A stretch of 62,496 nucleotides of DNA, filler included, from Chiloscyllium plagiosum (lineage: Eukaryota): NCBI RefSeq assembly GCF_004010195.1. It is 4 parts of one record of this genome, joined end to end, with 100 filler letters (N's around TTAATTAATTAA, not from the genome) between each part and the next. Parts side by side here need not be neighbours in the genome. Positions count along the whole stretch, not along the records: positions 41,735 to 59,104 come from NC_057717.1; positions 59,205 to 62,496 come from NC_057717.1; 2 more parts are not named here. The stretch is one strand, 5' to 3'. Position numbers and translations under genes: made by a program. The notes below the pieces were generated by a model. The model made no database searches. It was not told the origin of the DNA and was given only the letters and a program-made list of their open reading frames with translations. Below, one piece after another: positions 50,405 to 62,456 of the stretch; positions within the stretch are counted from its first letter, which is position 1, and the number at the start of each line of letters is the position of its first letter.

Positions 50405-51430
50405 TGTGTCTGTGGGAGTTATTATGGCAGTAATGTAGTTACCTTTGTGTTGCAATGTATGCTCGGGATCACGTTACAGGGCTCCAATAACAATGGTAGT
50501 GCATTGTCATCGGTTAATTAAATATCTGGGAGATGAGCTAATGCTGAACATGATGGCGTTATAATATAATAGGCTAAGTGTGCTGGAGGGAACCACTGTG
50601 GAAGATAATGATAAGGTTAGAAAGAAAAAGCAAGTCAGCATTATTGGCTATGATAATGTTTTCTGATAAACGAGAGAAAAACAACAGTGTCAGTTGGAGA
50701 AGAACAAAGAGCTTGTGTGGAGTGTGAGAAGACATTTTTCTGGCTCTCACAGCTTTGACTTTGCAAGATTGAAGTTTAATTTCGTGTAGGATTTTTTGCA
50801 TCTCCTGGTAATTTTTATAGAACATTGAGTAGTTATTCCACAACAAATTTGGCATCCAGATGGGACCTGGAAGGGACCTTTTTCATTGAAAAGAGGCTGA
50901 TCTTCCCAATTATACCGATAGCTCTCCTCAGATAGAAATACCAAAAGGGTTGGCCACCCTGAAAAGAAATGATAAGCGTTTTTCTGCGAATTTAGACTGT
51001 ATTCTGTCATTTAAGGGCGATTATCGGGAACGCAGGAGTGCAAAGAAAGCTGCTGGTGAGTTTCTCCGATCCAAAGAACAAGAAGATGGATGGTTTCCGA
51101 ACGTTTCAGGAGGCGCAGAGGATTATTCTGAAAATCTGTGTGGGTAGGAATGGGTGAGAAATATACAATAAAGAGATTGAGACAAAACTTCACGTTCGCC
51201 CCTGGGGTTAAGGGTCACGAATCGTGCGCAGGTTTCGCCAACTGCATTGCAGTCTGCTCGGCCACGGTTGTGTCGTGCTCGAGATTTTGAATCATTGTGA
51301 AAGGCGGCAGATTGGTAGTTGATGACTGAAAGTGAACTGCATTGCAGTCTGCTCGGCCACGGTTGTGTCGTGCTCGAGATTTTGAATCATTGTGAAAGGC
51401 GGCAGATTGGTAGTTGATGACTGAAAGTGA
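50405..51430 (+). repeat. LTR-like sequence of the ERV2/ERV3 family
   Basis: 50405-50845 aligns to RC of 59578-60025 and in part to 57480-57820; AATAAA at 51167-51172. Confidence 0.6.
51240..51429. repeat. Perfect tandem duplication 2 x 95 bp
   Basis: aactgcattgcagtctgctcgg at 51240 and 51335. Confidence 0.95.
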
Positions 51431-52534
51431 AACAGTCAAGAATTGTCATACTTTCAAAGTGTTAATAAACCGTTGAATGTTTAAGATAAGGCCTGTACTT
51501 GATTTTATTTTAGAAAGGAACAAAAAATCTATTTAGGCCAGGTTGTNNNNNNNNNNNNNNNNNNNNNNNNNNNNNNNNNNNNNNNNNNNNNNNNNNNNNN
51601 NNNNNNNNNNNNNNNNNNNNNNNNNNNNNNNNNNNNNNNNNNNNNNNNNNNNNNNNNNNNNNNNNNNNNNNNNNNNNNNNNNNNNNNNNNNNNNNNNNNN
51701 NNNNNNNNNNNNNNNNNNNNNNNNNNNNNNNNNNNNNNNNNNNNNNNNNNNNNNNNNNNNNNNNNNNNNNNNNNNNNNNNNNNNNNNNNNNNNNNNNNNN
51801 NNNNNNNNNNNNNNNNNNNNNNNNNNNNNNNNNNNNNNNNNNNNNNNNNNNNNNNNNNNNNNNNNNNNNNNNNNNNNNNNNNNNNNNNNNNNNNNNNNNN
51901 NNNNNNNNNNNNNNNNNNNNNNNNNNNNNNNNNNNNNNNNNNNNNNNNNNNNNNNNNNNNNNNNNNNNNNNNNNNNNNNNNNNNNNNNNNNNNNNNNNNN
52001 NNNNNNNNNNNNNNNNNNNNNNNNNNNNNNNNNNNNNNNNNNNNNNNNNNNNNNNNNNNNNNNNNNNNNNNNNNNNNNNNNNNNNNNNNNNNNNNNNNNN
52101 NNNNNNNNNNNNNNNNNNNNNNNNNNNNNNNNNNNNNNNNNNNNNNNNNNNNNNNNNNNNNNNNNNNNNNNNNNNNNNNNNNNNNNNNNNNNNNNNNNNN
52201 NNNNNNNNNNNNNNNNNNNNNNNNNNNNNNNNNNNNNNNNNNNNNNNNNNNNNNNNNNNNNNNNNNNNNNNNNNNNNNNNNNNNNNNNNNNNNNNNNNNN
52301 NNNNNNNNNNNNNNNNNNNNNNNNNNNNNNNNNNNNNNNNNNNNNNNNNNNNNNNNNNGCATATCCTTTTCCAGAACTATTTTCAAACTAATAGAATTCT
52401 GGTCACTGGTCCGAAAGTGCTCGCATTCAACCAGCACAGTCACTTGCCCTTCTCTAATTTCCAAGAGGAAATAAAGGTGAGGCCAGAAGGAGGGGCGGAA
52501 TAGGAATAGTTCCATATAATTTCATGTTTCTGGT

Positions 52535-52983
<449 letters not shown>

Positions 52984-55900
52984 AGCTCTGGTTTTCCAAA
53001 AGTCTTTGTGTGTCTGTGTGTGTGACAGATAGGGCAATTCTACAATTTAACCATTGTGATCTCGTGTGCATTTGGAGGGAAAGATCGGGAACAATTAACT
53101 TTTCAGTCACCAGTTATGATTAGGGGAATGGCAGAGAGCTGAACGAGCAGCTTTTGAAACCGAAGACTTTGGAAGAGAAAATCCAGGAAAGAAGATGGGA
53201 AGAATTGCAAGTTAGATTGGAAAAGGAAACTTATGAGGAATCACAATATAGCAATTTTAATCATAGAATGAAACTCACATAGGGAAGATGCTGTCATTGT
53301 TTATAAAGAGGGGAGACGCACTACCTTCTTTGGGAAACCCAGGTTCTGGAAAGGCTGACAAATGTGCTGTCCAGTTTTCAGGAGTGTGTAGGAAATTGGA
53401 ATAGAGCCTTTGAAGCCGAAACTACGTGACGGTTGTTGGCCATGGGCGGTTTGAAGACACTGCTAATGCTTATGGTGGGATGCCTGAAATTCGGAGACAT
53501 AATGGCCTGAGCCCACCTGAAGAATGTTGTGGACAATCCGATGATTGATAATGCTGGTTTTGATCAAGTAAGACAAAGGGGTATTATACTGTTTCACTTA
53601 AGGTAGGTCCAAAAGCCCTGAGCGGGGATCAGTTGGGAGATATTGAAAACCAAACAGTCTATTTCGAAAATTAGTTGAAATGGTGGAGAACTGAAACAAA
53701 TCTGTGGAAGGTAGTCAACTGTTAACCACAATGTTCTCGCCAGCTACTGTCGTATCACTGCCCCTCTAGTCAAACCTATGCTCGAGGAAGCGGTGGGTGT
53801 AACGTCTGTAGCTAGCCACGGATTCAGACGTCATGGAGTTCACGTGGTCGTAAGACAATGGAAATCAAAAAGAAGCTGGCTGAGCAAAAGGAGTGGTTGC
53901 AAAGACAGTTGACACAAATGCAGCTTTGGTAACTTAAAAAGACAGAGTGAGTGAAAACCAAAATGCAGTTGCCACTGACTACTCGGTTGGTTGGCAATAA
54001 TGAAATGAATGAAATGCTTATGCAGGGAGAGCCCTCGCTCGCCACCTGGCAAGGGCCAGACAACCCCATGCCAAGGTTTACTGTTTTTGAAGGTCTTTTC
54101 CACAGATAACATGCCAATGCAATATGAAAATAACAAACAGCCTAGCCAGGACCGGTGTCACTAAGGACAGGGACAAAGAGGTGAGGAGAGGGTCACAGCG
54201 TATAGTGAGAAAACAGATTTAAAAAGCATCAGGAATAGTGTGTTGGTGTGTTACCAACCAGGCCACTTGAGGAGAGATTTTCCACATTAACCCTATCGCT
54301 CCTGGCCCCAGGTTAGACCTATGAGTCAAAAACGTCTGGCTGCAACCCCACAATTCCCTACACGCCAACGGAGACTGTAATCCCGTACACGATGTCTTAG
54401 GGGTTCCCAGAGAACCCAGGTGGGAAGACGCAATAACTTATGATGTCGCAGGATGCTGAACAAAAACCTATGGTTGAGGTTAGTGTAGAAGGAAATCTCA
54501 CACTCATGGTGATGGACACCGGAGCTAGCTATACTTATGTTCAACCGCATTATGCCTCCCACCTTCGCATTTCAGTTAAATTGATTGAAACTACAGGGTT
54601 CGTAAGTAGACCACAGTTGACAATGTTTACAGATTCAGTAAGTTTACAACTGGTAGTTAACTAGTCATTTTTCCTTTGTTATTATTTAAGGAGACATCAA
54701 TTAATTGGCTAGGTAGGGACCCTTTACTGAAGTTAGAATTAGAATTGCAGTGTGCTAAAAAGGAAATTAATGGAGATAGAGCAAATTCTCATTTGATGTT
54801 GCAGGACTCAGGGAAAGCCAAGTATATTGGACAGGCAACACAGATGAAAATATTTGGGAAAATGGGGAATAATGAAGGAAAGAAGATTTAGCATTCCTGC
54901 CTTTGGCTGAGATACCCGAGCCTGAGCTACATTGTACAGTGTTTTTTGTCAAGATTCAGAGTAACGTCTTCAGCGACCAGTGGCACTGTAAGGTTGTCAC
55001 TCCGCAGCTTTTACAGAGTACAGCGATAGTGATAGTGAGGCAAACGGGCTTCCGGAAGAGCAATGGGGCATCGAAACAGCATTGTCAGTGGATTGTCGAG
55101 TTGAGTACTGCATTGGTGATGCCTGCAGCGTGAGCTATTATAAAGAGTTGGGCATGCGTCATATGTGGTGATTTGTTGGTCACGGGGTAATCTGGCAGCA
55201 GATAAAGTGGCTAGACTGAATTCTGGGAGTGCTTTAACTGTCATTGCTCTGTTTAGATCCGAAGCCCAACATAGCCAACATCATTGCAATGCAAGCTGAG
55301 ACCACCTTAGCTGAGCAGTTGTGCGGACAAAGGGTATCACAGATGTAACCAGGAATGCATATACCGCTCAGACTAAGCCTTGTGGATGACGCGTACTCTT
55401 TTGTTGTCTTTCTCATCTCAGATGCACATGGATTGGATCACTGTGCAAGAGGCGAAATGCTGAGGAAGGTAGTGGGGGATGGTTTTTGGCCACCTTACCT
55501 GCAGGCTTTGGTTTTTGCATATTATGACAATGTGATTTCTGTGCTCAAGCTACTGTCAGAAGGGCCAAACGACCCCTATAGGAAACATATCTGTATCTAA
55601 GTGACCATTTACACATTTGGTGTTCGACTCAGTGGACATGATAAGGATGGTGAGGAAGAAGAGATATATGTTGGTAGCTATTGACTGGTTTACTAGTGAG
55701 TGGAAGTGAACAAATTGAAGGATTCAGGGGTAGGCACAGTTGTCAAGTGTTTAACAACTGAAGTTATTCCGAGGTTTGACATACCATCTGAGATCAGTCC
55801 AGAAGGTGGTTTAGGTGGTGCTGCAGACTTTGCGGATTAAGCAGGGGTTTGGTTGTGTGTATCATCCCCAGGCCCAGGATAATGTGGAACGGATTATTAG

Positions 55901-56699
55901 CTGTTTTGAAGCTGAGTTAAACATATGTTTTGCAAGTACCTATCATACCTGGATCAATGCACTGTTGCTGGCATAAATGGGCTAATGTGTGCAGACTAAT
56001 CGCATGGCTGACTTCGTGCCACATGAATGCCTACCGGTTGACCCATGCCAGTGTTTGAGTGGACGGGTCCGCATGACGGGCCGAGATTGGAACGATAGTA
56101 CCTTCAACTTAAGCAGTGCATTCAACAGCAAGCTATGATTCATGTGTCTGACAAGAATTACTGATGGAGCCAGTGTCTGGTAACAGGAAGGGGCTGATTG
56201 GACTTGAAGATCAGGTGATTGTACAGTTTTCTGGAAAAAAAGTGGAACGAGCCGAGTGGAGAAGGTCGCTTTGTGGTAACCAGGGCGTCGCTGACTGCCA
56301 TTCCTGTGTTTGGTACGATCCTCGTAATACCATCTCAGTCACTGTACCAGGGCGTTCCCACATGCACAGTTGGACTCCGGGGTTGAGGTGTGTGAGGGCT
56401 GAGAAGGGGCTATGATGATTGAAAGGGCGTGCTGGGGGCCGTTGCATCTTTATGAGGTCATGAGCAGTCGGCAAGTGCGGCTTGTTGGTTTGCTGGTGCC
56501 TCGATGGCAGTCGGTGTTGCGTTTGTGAAATGAAAACTGACTTCTGATTGTGTAGTTGAGATTGGGTTGGGGAGGTTCCTGAAGCTCATTCCACTGTCTG
56601 AAGCTCACTCCACTGTCCTGAACCATTCTAGGCTCCTGTGTTGAATTGGGGGTGCATCGATTTGGCGGACCTGGCGGATTTCATTTCATGCCCTACCAC

Positions 56700-57095
56700 A
56701 ACCGAATCTGCATCGCTTCGAACGTCCCTGATCCGGCAATACACATTGCTAGTGTAGGTTAGCCAAGGTGTTTCCCCACTGTGTTCAAGGCCAGGAATGC
56801 GATTGCCGCGTGCTGGGCGTTGCTTATCCCTGTCATTCGTGTTACCAAGAATGCTGAATGGATTAGGTATATCTATAATAATCCGCAGAGATTTATTAAT
56901 TACTCTAATGATCCCCTCTTTGTGTTGGTTGAACAATTGGATGCGACCAGTCAGATGGCGTGGCGGAATAAGCAGGCCTTGGACAGGGTTTTTGGCTGAT
57001 AATGGTGGGGTCTACGTACTGTTTGGGGATTATTGCTGCAACACTATTCCGAATAATACTAGCCCGGAGGGATCTTTAACTCAGGCAGTGGGTAA
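56700..57095 (+). pseudogene. env: ERV2 env TM remnant
   Basis: FKARNAIAA..KNAEWIRYIYNNPQRFINYS..EQLDATSQMAWRNKQALD..GGVYVLFGDYCCNTIPNNTSPEGS. Confidence 0.9.
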
Positions 57096-57476
57096 GCAGG
57101 AGAAGATAAAAGGTAGGGAGGAGGGACTTGGAGGAGGGGAGTTGGAAGTGGAGGAGATGCGGTGGAGGGCACCGTCGACCACGTCGCCTTCCTGACCTGC
57201 AGTCTTCTTGTTGACCTCTCCGCCTCCATCCTACTCCGACCTATCACCCTCACCTTGACCTCTTTCCACCTATCACATTTCCAACGCCCCTCCTCCAAGT
57301 CCCTCCTCCCTACCTTTTATCTTCTCCTGCTGAACACTCTCTGCTCATTCCTGAAGAAGGGCCTGTGCCCGAAACGTCGAATCTCCTGTTCCCTGGATGC
57401 TGCCTGACCTGCTGTGCTGTTCCAGCAATAAAGTTTCAACTTTGATCTCCAGCATCTGCAGACCTCACTTTCTCCT
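57096..57476 (+). mobile_element. PLE pLTR insertion (family B) with inverted 5' piece
   Basis: 57096-57139 is inverted relative to ~57287-57331; ends ctccagcatctgcagacctcactttctcc. Confidence 0.85.
57347..57382 (+). ncRNA. Minimal hammerhead ribozyme motif, best-preserved copy
   Basis: ATTC-CTGAAGA-A-GGGC-CTGT-GCCC-GAAA-CGTC-GAAT; stems I and II pair perfectly. Confidence 0.75.
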
Positions 57477-57820
57477 AGTGTATTGTGAGAGGCAAGTCAA
57501 AACACTGGTAGATGCGTTAATGCTGAAAATGAGCGTGTTGTCATGTGATAGATTAACTGTGATGGAGGGAACCAGTGTGGCAGACGCTGCTTTGTTTAGA
57601 AAGTCAAAGCAAATCACCATGTCTGGCGATGCTAATGTCAGCTGATAAGCGCGGGACCAACATATTTTATGAACTGGAGGTGAACAAAAAAACTTGTGGG
57701 GAGTCAGGGAAAACAGTTTGCTGGCTCCTACAGCATTGATTTTGCAATATTAAAATTTGCATTTGCGAAACATTTTCTGTGTCTCCTTTTTTTATTGAGC
57801 ATTGAGTGATTCGACCACAA

Positions 57821-58650
57821 CACACTCAATCACACACCATCACTGCTCCCCTAACCCCCTTACACTCACACTGTCATTGTCACGCTGCCCCTCTCACACT
57901 CACCCCCTCAGCATCCACCTGACCCTATTACATTCATTCCATCAACCTGATACCCTCACGTTCACTGCATCACGGTCACGCTGACAACTCACAGTCACTC
58001 CGTCATTGTCTGCCTGACCGCCCAAACGCTCATTCCGTCACTGTCACCCTGACCAGCTTAAACCCACTCCACCACCCTGACCCTGACTCCCTCACTGTCC
58101 TGAAGAAGAGCCTATGCCCGAAACGTCGATTCTCCTGTTCCCTGGCTGCTGCCTGACCTGCTGCGCTTTTCCAGCAACACATTTTCAGCTCCCACACTGT
58201 CAGCCCGTCTCCATTATCCTGACCCCGTCACGCTAACGCCATCACCATCTCCCTGACACCCTCATAATCACTATTGCACCGTCACGCTGTCCCCTCATTC
58301 TCACTCCCTCACCGTCACTCTGATCCATCACACTCACTCCAACACCATCACGCTGTGTCCCTCATAGTCACCCCCACTGTCACCAAAACACCCTCACACT
58401 CACGTAGTTACCGTCTCCCTGAACCCCACACTCTCACTCCATTACGATCACCATGACCACGTTACACTCACTCCCTCACAATCACCCTGACGCCCCCACA
58501 CATTTACTCACTCACAGTCACGGTGCCCCCTCATTCTCGTTCCCTCAACATCACTCTGACCCCCTCATACTCACTCTCTCTCCGTCACCCTGAAAACGTC
58601 ACGCTCGTTTTTCACCATCACACTGATTCTCTCACATTCACTCGCTCATT
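57821..58650 (+). repeat. C/A/T-rich degenerate tandem repeat (cactcac/tcaccctgac); homolog at RC 59205-59577
   Basis: Repetitive motifs; collinear with the minus-strand copy. Confidence 0.8.
58100..58190 (+). mobile_element. Very short PLE pLTR insertion with 13-bp target-site-like duplication
   Basis: Starts at CTGAAGA; ctccctcactgtc (58087-58099) and ctcccacactgtc (58189-58201). Confidence 0.75.
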
Positions 58651-59071
58651 TGTGACAAGGGATTGACTCGGAACTGGCTTCCCATATCCAGTGTGTACTG
58701 CTCCTGTTGGTTTTTGGAAACATGAACTACAAAGCCAGTTTATTGAACTGGTATTCATTTCTTTTTATTGAGCATTGATTTCAAAACTGCCTGATCTACA
58801 CAGTCAACGTGTTTCAGTTGTAACTCAGTTCTCAACAGGGAATTATTGTTTCACTAGCTGGTTATAGCCTGTGTGTTACGCTTTTCTATTTTACTTTGAA
58901 AAAAAAATGTTGATTTTGTGGCAGGCGTTACCCCTTGCATTCTGGTTTTCTTTCTCAACGTGTTTTAACTTTTTTGTGTTTGGACTGAGCCGCTGTGAGT
59001 CATGATAATGAGCTGTTTCTGTATGAATAGTACTGGTCCGTTGTTGATGTCTAGGATTTGTAAAGAGTGAA

Positions 59072-59104
<33 letters not shown>

Positions 59105-59204
59105 NNNNNNNNNNNNNNNNNNNNNNNNNNNNNNNNNNNNNNNNNNNNTTAATTAATTAANNNNNNNNNNNNNNNNNNNNNNNNNNNNNNNNNNNNNNNN
59201 NNNN
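59105..59204. other. Artificial contig-joining spacer
   Basis: 44 N + TTAATTAATTAA (59149-59160) + 44 N. Confidence 0.95.
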
Positions 59205-59577
59205 GGGGGGGGAGCGGGACGGTGCGGTAGTGAGTGTGAGGGGGTTAGGGTGATGGTGTTGGCGGGAGCGTGACGGGGTCAGGGTAACGGACATGGAATG
59301 ACAGTGAAGGGGTTAGGAACAGGGTGGCAGAGTGAGTTTCATTTGGTCAGGGTGACCGTGCCAGAATGAGCGTTTGCGGGTCAGGCTGACAATGATGGAG
59401 TGAGTGTGAGTGATCAGCGTGACAGTGATGCAGTGAATGTGAGGGTGTCATGTTGATGGAATGAGTGTGATAGGGTCAGGGGATGCTGCGGGGCTGAGTG
59501 TGAGAGGGGCAGCATGACAATGACAGTGTGAGTGTGACGGGTTCAGGGGAGCAGTGACGGAATCTGAGTGAGTGTGT

Positions 59578-62452
59578 TGTGGATAAATCACTCAATGTTC
59601 CATGAAAACAAAATCCAGGAGACGCAGGAAATCATTCACAAACCTAAACTTTAATCTTGCAAAATCAAAGCTGTGGGAGCCAGCAAAATGTTTTCCCAGA
59701 CTCCCCATAAGTTCTTTCCTCTCCAGTTTATAAATGTGTTTGGTCCCGAGGTTATCAGCTGACATTAGCATCGCCAGACCTGGTGATTTGCTTTGTCTTT
59801 CTAAACTAAACAACTTCTGCCACACTGGTTCCCTCCATTACACTTAACCTATCACATGACAACACACTCATTTTCTGCATTAACGCATCTACCAGTGATT
59901 TAACTTGCCTATCACAATGCACAATCATTACTTATTAGTGGAGCGCTGTAACATGAACCCGGGCATATATTGCAGCACTAAGATAACTTCATAACTGCCA
60001 GAATAACAGATCTCACACAGAGAAATCATACAAACAGGCAGGACGCACAAAGGCCAAATCGATGGACCAAGCCCCCAAAGTGGGTGATAACATTTTCCAG
60101 GATACAATCCTCAAATGATTGTCCGTCCGCACGTGGAGTCACATGCCAAGAACACGTCTCAAAATAACTGGAACTGGAAAAAAAACTCCCAAAGTCCCTG
60201 CACAATCTAAACACGCATGCAACACATGCCAGTCAGGCACTTCCATCAAAACAAGGCTTCAGCAATACAGCAGACGTCAGATCATAGTAGTAGAATGGGA
60301 AACCCATAGTAGAAGAGGTGAGTTGGCCAGAGTCCATTGGAACAACACCGAATTGTCACGCATCAAGACGCACTAAAAAAAGACTTAATGAGAGGTATAG
60401 CACTGTAAAATACAAAGGCAACAACAAGCAACACGATACCCGCAACCATGCCAATCTAAACAACCCAGCCCCAGATCTAACCAAGACACAATCCAACTCG
60501 CCAATAACTCAAAGGCCGGATAGGGCATTCTCCTTTAGCTTCTCCCTTTAACTTCCGCAGCTTACCTACCGCCTGAGTTAAAGATCCCTCTGGGCTAGTA
60601 TTATTGGGAATTGTGTTGCAGCAATAATCTCCAAACAGTACGTAGACCCCACCAGTATCAGCCAACAACCCTGTCCAAGACCTCCTTAGTCCGCCACACC
60701 ATCCGAGTGTTCGCATCCAATTGTTCACCCAACACAAAGAGGGCATCATCAGAGTAATGAATAAATCTCTGCTGATTATTATAGATATACCTCATCCACT
60801 CAGCATTCTTGCGAACACGAATGGCAGGGATAAGCAACTCCCAGAACGCGGCAATCGCATTCCTGGCCTTGAACACAGTGGGAAAACCCCGTGGCTAACC
60901 TCTACTAGCAATGTGTGTTGCCGGATCAGGGACGTTTTGAGTGATGCAAATTCGGTTGTGGTAGGGCATGAAATGAAATCCGCCAGGTCCGCCAAACCGA
61001 TGGACCCCCGACTCAACACAGGAGCAGAAAGGTTCAGGAGTGTGGAGTGAGCTTCAGTAACCTCCCCAACCCATCCTCAACTACACAATCAGAGGTAAGT
61101 TCTCCTTTCACAAACGCAACTCCGACGGCCACAGAGGCACCAGCAATCCGGCAAGCCGACTGCTCATGACCTAATAAAGATGCAACAGGACCCAGCACCC
61201 CCTTTCAATCATCGTAGTCCCTTCTCAGCCCTCACACACCTCAACCCCGGAGTCCAACTGTGCATGTGGGAACACATTGGTCCAGTGACTGAGATGGCAG
61301 TCAGCGACGCCCTGGTTACCATAAAGTGACCTGTTTCCCTCGGCTTTTCCAATTTTTTTCCGGTAAACCGTACAATTACCCGATCTTCAAGTCCAATAGG
61401 CCCCTTCCTGTTACCAGGCACTGACTCCCTCAGTATTTCATGGTGTGGACAGACTCATGAAACATAGGTAGCCGTTGAATGTACTGTTTAAGTTCAAGCT
61501 CCTTTCGTTCCAAGTTAGGCCCGTCATACGGACTCCTCCACGCAAACAATGGCATAGATCAACCAGTAAGCGTTCATGCGGCACGAAGTCACCCAAGCGA
61601 TTAGTCTGCACACATTGGTCAATTAATGCCGGCAGCAGTGCATCGACCCAGGTATGATAGGTACTTGCAAAAAGTATGTTTAACTCAACTTCCAAACAGC
61701 TCATAATCCGTTCCACCATGCCCTGCAACTGAGGATGATGCACACATCCAAATCTCTGCTTAATCCGCAAAGACTGCAGCACCATCTTAACCACTTTCTG
61801 GACAGATCTCAGACGGTATGTCAAACTTTGGAATAACTTCAGTTGTTAAAAACTTTACCACAGTGCTTACCCCTGACTCCTTCAATGCGTTCGCTTTTAC
61901 TCATCTAGTAAACCAGTCAATAGCCACCAACATATATCTCTTCTTTCTCACTGTCCATATCATGTCCACCGAGTCGAACACCAAATGTGTCAATGGTCAC
62001 TCAGTTACAGGATATTTCCTATAGGGGTCGCTAGCCTCTTCTGACATTAGTTTGAGTACAGACATTACGTTGTCATAATATGCCAACAACCAAAGTCTGC
62101 TTGTAAAATGTCCAAAAGTCATCCCTCATTATCGTCCTCAGCACTTCATCTCTTTCACAGTGAGCCAATCCATTTGCCTCTGAGATGACAAAGATCAACA
62201 AAGGGACAGGCGTCACCCACAAGGCTTAGTCTGAGCAGTGCATGCATTCCTGGTTCCATCTGTTATACTTTTTGTCCCCACAACAGCTGCTCATCTAAAG
62301 TCGCCTCATCTTGCATTGCAATGATGTCGGCTTAGGTTGGCTTCGGATCTAAACACACCAGGGGTGCAATGACAGTTAAAGCACTCCTGGAATTCAGTGC
62401 AGCCGCTTCATCTGCTGCCTGATTACCCGTGATCAACAAATCATCACATACG
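59578..62452 (-). mobile_element. ERV3: second copy of the ERV2 family (RNase H end, IN, env TM, 3' UTR/LTR)
   Basis: CVHHPQLQGMVER (IN); FKARNAIAAFWE..NQQRFIHYS; GGVYVLFGDYCCNTIPNNT; collinear with RC of 55150-57820. Confidence 0.9.
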
Positions 62453-62456
62453 TTGT

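Larger units (their letters stand above)
53050..57820 (+). mobile_element. ERV2: internally deleted class I ERV (gag remnant, PR, half 2H module, RNase H end, IN, env TM, LTR part)
   Basis: Knuckle C..CYQPGHLRRDFP near 54240; VMDTGASYT; NWLGRDPL; LHCTV; GNLAADKVA; AHGLDH; IPRFDIP; env TM; no RT motifs. Confidence 0.9.

Noticed and set aside
51310..51330. TGGTAG as PBS of ERV2
   Set aside because: Only 6 nt match a tRNA 3' end.
2110..52515. Long ORFs composed mostly of X
   Set aside because: They only span N gaps.
57789..58778. 17-bp direct repeat tttttattgagcattga as a TSD
   Set aside because: LTR homology continues past the left copy, so it does not mark the breakpoint; AT-rich and unexplained.
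60477..60876. Domesticated (syncytin-like) env
   Set aside because: Frameshifted, SU mostly deleted, first Cys of the CX6CC motif replaced by Tyr.
55150..62452. Giant inverted repeat or head-to-head ERV pair
   Set aside because: The arms lie on opposite sides of an artificial spacer.
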